Shown: positions 36,651-43,407 of the stretch, piece by piece
How the letters are laid out: each line of letters opens with the position of its first letter
Position numbering within the stretch: position 1 is the first letter of the stretch
From: Escherichia phage Haito_Bas83
Direction: 5' to 3' (one strand)
Length of the DNA stretch: 44,876 nt
Sequence record: PQ850604.1
Program-made: the position numbers and the translations under genes
Notes under the pieces: generated by a model
The model's input: only the letters and a program-made list of their open reading frames with translations
The model's database searches: none
Told to the model about the DNA's origin: nothing

Positions 36651-36710
36651 GGTATATCTCCGATTGGTTAATTTAAGTGTTCGGTGCGGTATGCCCCGTC
36701 AACGAGGTGA

Positions 36711-36740
36711 ATAATAGGTTGGTTGCAGGTGGGGTGTCAA
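36711..36740 (-). promoter_or_regulatory. putative leftward early promoter
   Basis: Minus strand reads GTTGACACCCC (-35 TTGACA), 18-bp spacer containing TGCAACCAAC, then TATTAT. Confidence 0.4.
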
Positions 36741-36751
36741 CAACTAATTTC

Positions 36752-36810
36752 AAAAAAAAAGCGCCGAAGCAAAATGCGACGGCGCTAACCAATAAGAGAC
36801 AATGAGACGG
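36752..36810 (-). ncRNA. candidate small RNA or attenuator (promoter-like TTGAAA-N17-AATAAT plus terminator)
   Basis: Minus strand: TTGAAA (36844-36839), -10-like at 36817-36822, then ~55 nt ending in hairpin GCGCCG-13 nt loop-CGGCGC plus nine T. Confidence 0.25.
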
Positions 36811-36857
36811 GGATTATTATTACACGCGTGCGCGCCCGTTTCAATATACAAAAGGAG

Positions 36858-36886
36858 TTGACACCCCGCAATTTTAGGTGTAGTTT
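36858..36886 (+). promoter_or_regulatory. putative rightward early promoter
   Basis: GTTGACACCCC (-35 TTGACA), 17-bp spacer, TAGTTT; an inverted copy of the same 11-mer lies at 36731-36741. Confidence 0.4.
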
Positions 36887-36917
36887 CGTTGGTCATTAAC
36901 CAATAGGAGACAGAACA

Positions 36918-37247
36918 ATGCATATCAACGACGCAATCGAAATGTTAACTAAGACCGTTAGTTGTGAGACAAGCCGGTCCTGGGCTTATACCGATGCCGT
37001 TGGTGCGGCGTTATTTGAAATCGAACGCCTGCGCAGTGTCGAAAAAGAATTGCGCGCCAAGCTGGAATTACTCAACGGTACGGCAGCAAGCAAGCTGCAA
37101 AAACACAATGAAGAAATGGAAGAATACAAAAAGCAGGTTATCCGTTTACGCGACGAGGGCAAGTCCTGGGCGATGATTGCCGAGTTGACCGGAATTAATC
37201 AGAGCACCGTGCGCTCCTGGGTACGCAATAATAAAACTTCTAAGTAA
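36918..37247 (+). CDS. HTH DNA-binding protein (putative transcriptional regulator)
   Basis: 109 aa; helix-rich with C-terminal HTH-like KSWAMIAELTGINQSTVRSW; first gene of the rightward operon. Confidence 0.5.
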   Translation: MHINDAIEMLTKTVSCETSRSWAYTDAVGAALFEIERLRSVEKELRAKLELLNGTAASKLQKHNEEMEEYKKQVIRLRDEGKSWAMIAELTGINQSTVRSWVRNNKTSK

Positions 37248-37257
37248 GGCAACGGCA

Positions 37258-39522
37258 ATGAGCTTAATTAAATTCGCAGTAACAAGACCCGCTAAAAAAG
37301 GCGAAAAAGCCAGGGCGGAAAACTTCGAGATGACCACTGATGAGTTTTTCGAATTTATCAATGATGCGAAAGAAATCTCCTCGGTGCACATCAACAAGAC
37401 TGAAGATAAAGCCGAGTATGCGCGCCGCAAGCGTAAGGCCGATGGCATCGTGGCCTATACCAATGATGGGTTACGCCGCAAGACCAGTGCGGTCGACCGC
37501 TCGATCCTGTTCTTCGATATTGACCGCACCGACACCCGCACATTACGCCGCTGCCGTAAAGCGTTCACCGACGCTGGTCTGGAGCATGTATTCCACACCA
37601 CGACCGGCGACCGTCACCCACTGAAAGGCGGCACACGTTGCGCCCGTTTCCTGGTGCTCACTGACAAGCCTGTACCGGCTGAAGACCTGGGCCGCGTCCA
37701 GTATGCGCTATTAGACCAACTGGGCCTGTCAGATGTGGACTTCGACGATTGTACAAAAGACACCAACCGCCTTATGTACCTGCCTCACCAGCAGTCTGTC
37801 ATAAAGTGCCATTACGGCAAGCGCGCCCGTGTCCGTCGTCTGCTTCGCCTGGCTGACAAGCTGGGAGTTGAGAAAGAGGAAGTGCGCCGCGAACTGACCC
37901 AGGGTGATGACGGCGTGGCGGACGGCATTCTGGATTGGTGCTTCCAGGCTGGCTTTGAACCGCTGTCATCCGGTCGCGGTTATGAAGTGCCTTGCCCGAA
38001 CGAGCACCTGCATAGTGGCGAAGGGTCGACGGCTATCATGGTTAAGGATGGCGAGATCCGTTTCAAGTGTATGCACACCGGCAACGAGTGCTGTTCCGAA
38101 CTGAACAAACACCAGCACCTGGCGCTGCGTCTGATCGGCATTCCGGACCACCTGAACGTCGAACCTCACAACATGTCACGCAAGCAAATCGCCGCCATCC
38201 TTCCGGGACTGGACGACGAGGAAGTGGAATCGTGCTATGAGCATATTGTTGATGCGGTCGGAGACGGCGACGAGTACGGCGAATGCACCGACGCTGACCT
38301 GGACAACGAGCCGGTCGCACTATTCAGTAAGCACGACCCGATCATCGAAGGCCTGGTCAACTTCAAATCGACCTGGTATATGGCTGGTGAGTCGAACATT
38401 GGTAAGTCGTTCTACGTGCTGGGCCAGATGGGTGCTGTTGCCGCAGGTATTCCGTTCGGCGGTGCGAAGGTTGTCCAGTCGCATTGCTTCTATTTCGATG
38501 CGGAAGGCGGCGAAGCCTCAAACCAGCGTAAGGAAGCATTGCAGATTAAATATGAGCACGACCTCGACAAGCTGCACATTATCGATCTGCAATCACGCGG
38601 CTGGGATATCACCAGCAAGTCCGGCTTGCGCGAAGTTATCAGCTTTATCAACCGCACCGCTAACGGGGAGCCGGTTGGCCTGGTGGCCTTCGACTCACTA
38701 AACCAGACTGTAGCGCTGCGGTCCGCTGATGCCAAACCATTCGACGAGAACAACGCCAGCGATATGGGCGAAGTTGTCAAAGCGCTGAAGTCCATTGCGG
38801 AAAATACAGGCGGCAGTGCGGGCGTCATCCATCACCCGGCTAAGGGTGCAAACGGCAGCAGATCCCCACGCGGGTCCGGCGCGCTTCATGGTGCTGTCGA
38901 TTCTGCGTTCTTCCTGGAACAGCCGGACGACAACCAGCCAGGCCAGCTTAACCTGTATCACGAAAAATCACGTAACGGCATCAAGCAAGCTCCGCGCGGC
39001 TTCGTCCTGCTCAAGTGCAAGGTCAAGGTGGATCTCCGCAAGTCTGATGCGTTCGAAGCACACCAGTCCACCAGCACCGGACCAGACTTTGGTGATGTTG
39101 TTGCCGGTTGGGACGTCAAGCCGATCGCATCCACGCCACGTGACGAGACTCTCTACCTCGTACCGGTCGCCCTGGCACCGTTCGCTATCGAACAGGCGAA
39201 GGCAGCAGGCAAGGCAGCAGTTAAGGAAGAGAACACCGCCGGACCGCGCAACGAAAAAGAGAAGGTGCTTTATGCGGCACTGGAAAAACTGATGGAAGAT
39301 AACCCGGACCATACTGGATTCAGTAAATCGGCAATTGTCCGCCAGGCTGGACTTGCGAAAGGTGGCACATCGACGAAGGCAATCGACGATATGGTGGAGC
39401 GCGGAGTGCTCGGATTTTATACAGATCCACACACTGGGGCCATCTACGGGTCGTCGAATCTGGTCATCAAATCGGATATACCCATCACGCTTTCGGCGAC
39501 CGATGACGACCTGAAAGATTAA
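37258..39522 (+). CDS. DNA primase / RecA-fold replicative helicase (primase-helicase) with C-terminal winged-helix-like region
   Basis: Walker A GESNIGKS and Walker B-like GLVAFDSL; Cys/His cluster CPNEHLHSGEGS...CMHTGNEC; 754 aa; iteron region immediately downstream. Confidence 0.6.
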   Translation: MSLIKFAVTRPAKKGEKARAENFEMTTDEFFEFINDAKEISSVHINKTEDKAEYARRKRKADGIVAYTNDGLRRKTSAVDRSILFFDIDRTDTRTLRRCRKAFTDAGLEHVFHTTTGDRHPLKGGTRCARFLVLTDKPVPAEDLGRVQYALLDQLGLSDVDFDDCTKDTNRLMYLPHQQSVIKCHYGKRARVRRLLRLADKLGVEKEEVRRELTQGDDGVADGILDWCFQAGFEPLSSGRGYEVPCPNEHLHSGEGSTAIMVKDGEIRFKCMHTGNECCSELNKHQHLALRLIGIPDHLNVEPHNMSRKQIAAILPGLDDEEVESCYEHIVDAVGDGDEYGECTDADLDNEPVALFSKHDPIIEGLVNFKSTWYMAGESNIGKSFYVLGQMGAVAAGIPFGGAKVVQSHCFYFDAEGGEASNQRKEALQIKYEHDLDKLHIIDLQSRGWDITSKSGLREVISFINRTANGEPVGLVAFDSLNQTVALRSADAKPFDENNASDMGEVVKALKSIAENTGGSAGVIHHPAKGANGSRSPRGSGALHGAVDSAFFLEQPDDNQPGQLNLYHEKSRNGIKQAPRGFVLLKCKVKVDLRKSDAFEAHQSTSTGPDFGDVVAGWDVKPIASTPRDETLYLVPVALAPFAIEQAKAAGKAAVKEENTAGPRNEKEKVLYAALEKLMEDNPDHTGFSKSAIVRQAGLAKGGTSTKAIDDMVERGVLGFYTDPHTGAIYGSSNLVIKSDIPITLSATDDDLKD

Positions 39523-39628
39523 ATTTTGCGCGCATTGGTTGCCAAATTGAGTGTTTTTAGCTGGTCGCATTGGTTGCCGTGTAGTGTAAATATAGTGAAT
39601 AGTTATGCAGTTTTATTGCATAAAATAA

Positions 39629-39786
39629 GCGGGACAAAAAGCGGGACAGACAGGGGGCGGGACAAAGCGGGACAGCACCCCTTGTCCCGCCCGGATGGCG
39701 CGGCTTTCAGAGGAGCGGGACAGGCGGGACAAACCCCAGTCTTTCAGACTAGACGGGGGTCAGTTGGCCCCCCTCGTCTGAGACTG
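39629..39786. repeat. composite element copy B: GCGGGACA iteron array plus conserved long hairpin
   Basis: GCGGGACA at 39629, 39641, 39657, 39667, 39715 and 39724, inverted TGTCCCGC at 39683, hairpin at 39737-39786; near-identical to 11910-12065. Confidence 0.6.
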
Positions 39787-39945
39787 CATAAAATCCGGGA
39801 TTGCATAATGTACGGCAGCATGACGTGAATTGCGGTCGTCGACGAACTAGGCAACCAATGCGAGTTGTATTATGGGTGGTGAAAAATGCAGTTTGCAGTT
39901 ACAGCAGATAGCGATCAACTTTTTCATACGCATGATTAATATTGG

Positions 39946-39974
39946 TTGCATTCAGCCTGGCACCCTGCTAGATT
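39946..39974 (+). promoter_or_regulatory. putative promoter upstream of the 40005 gene block
   Basis: TTGCAT (inside ATTGGTTGCA), 17-bp spacer, TAGATT, followed by a second ATTGGTTGCA. Confidence 0.35.
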
Positions 39975-40004
39975 GGTTGCACCCCAACGAGAGGACCAAA
40001 CAAA

Positions 40005-40175
40005 ATGAAATTTCCAGTAACCATCAAAGACGGTAAATCAACTATCACCTTCACAAGCAACGACCAGGGCACCTATGAAAGCGGGGCGACTTGCATGTCT
40101 ACCCTGGACGATGTGATGATTCGTGTTAATTCCGGTAAAGCCTCGATTGTTGACGACAACACTAAGAAGGACTGA
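40005..40175 (+). CDS. small hypothetical protein (56 aa)
   Basis: RBS GAGGA; MKFPVTIKDGKSTITF...; not in the track (<60 aa). Confidence 0.35.
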   Translation: MKFPVTIKDGKSTITFTSNDQGTYESGATCMSTLDDVMIRVNSGKASIVDDNTKKD

Positions 40176-40178
40176 ACA

Positions 40179-40484
40179 ATGAGAGCATTAATCTGGAAAT
40201 ACTCACGGGCCATAGCGAAGCTGGACGAAGCGAAAAACACAAACGGCAACGTAGACTATGCGCGCCAGTTTGCGGCACGGGCACACCAACACATCATGAG
40301 TGCGCTCGACGATATGGACGCCAGCATGGATGACCTGGGTCCGCTGCGTAAGGCTATCCATGAATACGCGCTGGCATTCTCCCGTGAGCGCCTGGCCTAT
40401 CGCTTCGGTATCGGGGATAAGGCAGTGTCAAACGTCGCCCGGATTAAAGCACAGCGCGAACTATTCGCCCAGCTTGCGAAATAA
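40179..40484 (+). CDS. hypothetical protein
   Basis: 101-aa ORF closely following the previous gene. Confidence 0.45.
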   Translation: MRALIWKYSRAIAKLDEAKNTNGNVDYARQFAARAHQHIMSALDDMDASMDDLGPLRKAIHEYALAFSRERLAYRFGIGDKAVSNVARIKAQRELFAQLAK

Positions 40485-40493
40485 GGGGCCAAA

Positions 40494-40763
40494 ATGGGCC
40501 GTAGCCGAGCTAAACAGCTTTCTTGGCATATTCCCCTGCATTGCATACGAATATGGGCTAAGAACGCGATTGAGGGCGATTCCGTGTACTGGTGCTATCG
40601 CGATGACGTGAAGCCACTTACGCAGACCCGCTACTTGCACCAGTTCGCAGCACAACACGATTTCAGGGTGCGGACTTCCTTGCAACCAATGGGGATACGT
40701 ATTACATTACGCCGGAAGCCCGCCGTTGAGCGGGTAGGCAAACACTGGAGACTGAGCAAATGA
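40494..40763 (+). CDS. hypothetical protein
   Basis: 89-aa basic protein; RBS AAGGGG. Confidence 0.4.
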   Translation: MGRSRAKQLSWHIPLHCIRIWAKNAIEGDSVYWCYRDDVKPLTQTRYLHQFAAQHDFRVRTSLQPMGIRITLRRKPAVERVGKHWRLSK

Positions 40764-40893
40764 TGATAGGCGGATTCTCGCAGGAGTTTATCTACCTGCA
40801 TATGTGCGTACTTGACTACGAACAACACGGCATCGCTACGGTATGCGATGGCGACTATAAGACTGTTGACGAGATTGAGGAGACTGAGCAATG
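40759..40893 (+). CDS. small hypothetical protein (44 aa)
   Basis: ATG overlaps the upstream stop and its own stop overlaps the next ATG (ATGA). Confidence 0.25.
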
Positions 40894-41418
40894 AAATTAC
40901 TATTCCGCCGTAAGCGCGATGGATACATCATGAAGCCGATCCAGACCATGGCTAAATACGTGCGATTGCGCCACGTTCACAGCGGCATTGAGTGTATGAC
41001 GACTAAGGCAAATCTGCCGGAGGGGTACGACGTACTCACACATGATATTGAGCGCGGCGATGTGCTGCGTGATATTCGCCACGGCACTTGCTGGGTCGTC
41101 GAGTATGTCGGTCGGCACGGCTTGCGTATGCAATCCCGCGCGGATGGCGTAGTCGGGATGACTTACTTCGGGCTAATCCACTATGAGCGCGTGGGGCGCA
41201 AGTACAGCCTCCTCAAGTCGCAGCCGCATGAGCGCGCTACTTACGACGCGACCCAGGTGCAATCTAAAATACGCCGTGCTGCGCACGAAATCGTCAATCG
41301 CTTCGATGCCGTGGCGAATGCACAGCGCCATGCGCAGGAATTCGGTGTGGGATTTATCCGTGTCGAACCAGACGGCAGCATGAAGGCCATCGACCCGCGC
41401 TCGGTGATTCTGAAATGA
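40891..41418 (+). CDS. hypothetical protein
   Basis: 175 aa; RBS GAGGAG; no motif I recognise. Confidence 0.45.
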   Translation: MKLLFRRKRDGYIMKPIQTMAKYVRLRHVHSGIECMTTKANLPEGYDVLTHDIERGDVLRDIRHGTCWVVEYVGRHGLRMQSRADGVVGMTYFGLIHYERVGRKYSLLKSQPHERATYDATQVQSKIRRAAHEIVNRFDAVANAQRHAQEFGVGFIRVEPDGSMKAIDPRSVILK

Positions 41419-41561
41419 GCGCGACTATCCGTGATATGCTCATGCATAACCGCTTTGAGATAGGCGGGCGAGTGTTCTGCAATTACTTCGTGGCGCGTGC
41501 TTGGGCGCGCCATATTGGACAACCAGAGGGGGCAATACAATGCTATACATCCTCGCGATAA
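41415..41561 (+). CDS. small hypothetical protein (48 aa)
   Basis: ATG overlaps the upstream TGA; coding status uncertain. Confidence 0.2.
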   Translation: MSATIRDMLMHNRFEIGGRVFCNYFVARAWARHIGQPEGAIQCYTSSR

Positions 41562-41641
41562 TGTGCGGCGGCAGTCTTGCGGCCCTGGTCTTGTTGGCTG
41601 GGATTATCGGCCTGATTAAATACTTATGGTGCAAATTATGA
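41540..41641 (+). CDS. small membrane peptide (33 aa)
   Basis: RBS GAGGGGG; hydrophobic MLYILAIMCGGSLAALVLLAGIIGLIKYLW. Confidence 0.3.
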   Translation: MLYILAIMCGGSLAALVLLAGIIGLIKYLWCKL

Positions 41642-41925
41642 TACACGATCTGATATTTTGGTTTGGTTTGGGGTGTGCGTCGCTCTTTGCTATGGTGCTG
41701 GCGCTGCTGATTTGGATATTCCTGGTATGGCCCGCGGTGGAAGCAGCCAGCATTACCCGCATGACGTTCAAGATATACAAGCGCCGCGGCATATCGGAAC
41801 ACCCGACCAGGTTGCGCATGTGGTGGCTTTGGTATCTGGATATGATTGGCGGTCGAAGGTTTGAGGCCATCCGGTCATCCGGGTGGGAATGGAAAGGCGT
41901 CGGCAAGTGGTCCATTTTCGATTAA
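41638..41925 (+). CDS. membrane protein (putative)
   Basis: ATG overlaps the upstream stop (ATGA); one or two TM helices; Trp-rich. Confidence 0.4.
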   Translation: MIHDLIFWFGLGCASLFAMVLALLIWIFLVWPAVEAASITRMTFKIYKRRGISEHPTRLRMWWLWYLDMIGGRRFEAIRSSGWEWKGVGKWSIFD

Positions 41926-41942
41926 ATATGCAGTCGTGATAT

Positions 41943-41977
41943 AGTCCCAGTGAGCTAAAACTTACTGGGACTTTTTT
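41943..41977 (+). terminator. terminator hairpin immediately upstream of the lysis genes
   Basis: AGTCCCAGT-12 nt loop-ACTGGGACT plus TTTTTT, directly followed by ATG 41978. Confidence 0.5.
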
Positions 41978-42268
41978 ATGGATAAGCTAAACGAGTGGTT
42001 ATTCGCCCTCGCGTGTCTTGCAGGTGGCTTCGTTGGCGCTCGCATTCACGGTGAGGCAACGAAAGGGCCGCTAAATTTTGTGTTGTTTATCGTGGTCGGC
42101 TTCTTGTGCGCCGTGTTTGGGGCACCAGCTATTGCCGAGTGGTTTAATCTAACCGGACCGAGAACTGTCGCCGGTCTTGGCTTCGTAACGGCAATCTTCT
42201 GGATGCCGGTCGCCGCCAGAATCCGTGAAGCAATCTCCTCGTTCCGTCTGCCGGGGAATGCAAAATGA
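41978..42268 (+). CDS. holin (putative, three TM segments)
   Basis: 96 aa with three hydrophobic segments and a charged C-terminus; immediately upstream of the endolysin. Confidence 0.5.
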   Translation: MDKLNEWLFALACLAGGFVGARIHGEATKGPLNFVLFIVVGFLCAVFGAPAIAEWFNLTGPRTVAGLGFVTAIFWMPVAARIREAISSFRLPGNAK

Positions 42269-42504
42269 TTATCGCCATCCTGTTATTAGTGATCGGGGCT
42301 TCGTCGCTGTATAACGTATACGCGCCATCCGTCCAGGATGGCATTTGCGGACGGGTGCTCTACCTGCTTACAGCAATGACCTGTATTATTGGCCTGATGC
42401 AAACGGGGGACGTATCGAATACAGTCTGGTCCGTGCTAATCTGGCTATTCGCATTACGCACACTGCGTAATGCTGTTTTAAATGGGGTAAAACATGCGAT
42501 TTAG
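42265..42504 (+). CDS. second small membrane protein of lysis cassette (holin/antiholin-like)
   Basis: 79 aa, two hydrophobic helices; overlaps both neighbours. Confidence 0.4.
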   Translation: MIIAILLLVIGASSLYNVYAPSVQDGICGRVLYLLTAMTCIIGLMQTGDVSNTVWSVLIWLFALRTLRNAVLNGVKHAI

Positions 42505-42985
42505 CGACAACGGTCTAAGATTTACGGCAGCGTGGGAGTCGTTCAGCCCAGTGCCGTATTTCGCGACTAAGAAGGAGCAGGCCCGCGGCTTGTACACCTG
42601 GGGCTACGGTCATACTGGCACTAATCCGCCACAGAGCATTACCCGCGTGGAAGCGCTGGAGCTACTCAAGCGTGATGTGGCGTATGCCGAGAACTGGGTG
42701 AACAAGTACGCACACCCGAGCATCAATCAGGCGCAATTCGACGCGCTGGTGGATCTGGTAATCAATGCCGGTCAAGGTCCGATCGTACCGGATAACATTG
42801 CCAATGACTTCGATGACGCGGTGCGCATGGGTGATTGGGCCAAAGTCCGTGCTACGCTGCCGCAGTTCCGCAAGCAAGGCGGTGAAGTGCTCAAGGGCCT
42901 GGTACGTCGTGCAATCGGCAGACAGGCGCTATTCGATGGTAAGCAGTGGGACGTTGCCGAGAAAATCGGTCGTAACGCGGCATAA
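42494..42985 (+). CDS. endolysin (phage lysozyme family)
   Basis: 163 aa; N-terminal region FTAAWESFSPVPY...GLYTWGYGHTG resembles lysozyme-like endolysins. Confidence 0.7.
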   Translation: MRFSDNGLRFTAAWESFSPVPYFATKKEQARGLYTWGYGHTGTNPPQSITRVEALELLKRDVAYAENWVNKYAHPSINQAQFDALVDLVINAGQGPIVPDNIANDFDDAVRMGDWAKVRATLPQFRKQGGEVLKGLVRRAIGRQALFDGKQWDVAEKIGRNAA

Positions 42986-43001
42986 TAAGAGGAAACACAG
43001 T

Positions 43002-43169
43002 ATGTTAAAAAGTATTCTTGATCATAACGCGGACGCGCTTGCCGCACTGGCTAAAACGGAAGACCCAGGCGCGCGCGCCATTATCGCGGACACTATCAGT
43101 CATGCGGGTGTCTTTGACGCGAAGCTGCCAAGCCCGCCACCGCCGGAAGAACCAGACCCAGCGGCATAA
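43002..43169 (+). CDS. small hypothetical protein (55 aa)
   Basis: RBS AAGAGGAAACACAGT-ATG; Pro-rich acidic C-terminus; the longer track ORF 42765-43169 overlaps the endolysin and is rejected. Confidence 0.35.
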   Translation: MLKSILDHNADALAALAKTEDPGARAIIADTISHAGVFDAKLPSPPPPEEPDPAA

Positions 43170-43175
43170 ACACGA

Positions 43176-43201
43176 AGCCCGGTTAATTCCGGGCTTTTTA
43201 T
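43176..43201 (+). terminator. rho-independent terminator
   Basis: AAGCCCGG-TTAATT-CCGGGCTT plus TTTTT. Confidence 0.6.
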
Positions 43202-43205
43202 TGCT

Positions 43206-43235
43206 TGACTTGCAACCAACATAAGGGCCATACTG
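43206..43235 (+). promoter_or_regulatory. putative promoter with two TGCAACCAA motifs
   Basis: TTGACT, 18-bp spacer containing TGCAACCAAC, CATACT, followed by TGCAACCAAT. Confidence 0.3.
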
Positions 43236-43407
43236 CAACCAATCAACGAGAAGGAGTAACACACTATGACACGCAATGATATTTATGTACTGGCAATCTG
43301 GTCCGCCGCCGCATTCATCGGTATGGTTATTTGCGAATTGCTATAGCCCGCCGCCATAGGGACCGTGGTATATTGTCCACGGACCCATAATCAGGAAGTA
43401 AATTAAT

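Noticed and set aside
36177-36671. 164-aa and 125-aa plus-strand ORFs antisense to the lysine-rich repeat gene
   Set aside because: Same low-complexity artefact; the minus-strand gene has an RBS and sits at the head of the leftward operon.
39790-39960. Possible tRNA or other structured RNA gene in the long non-coding stretch
   Set aside because: I could not find a cloverleaf-compatible arrangement or a T-loop-like GTTCRANYC box by eye; tRNAscan-type analysis would be needed, so nothing is called.
39872-40035. 54-aa ORF spanning the promoter region upstream of 40005
   Set aside because: It overlaps the promoter-like element and the RBS/start of the next gene in another frame and has no RBS of its own.
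42765-43001. Long version of the ORF ending at 43169, overlapping the endolysin
   Set aside because: It overlaps the endolysin in another frame; the internal ATG at 43002 has a strong RBS and begins right after the endolysin stop.
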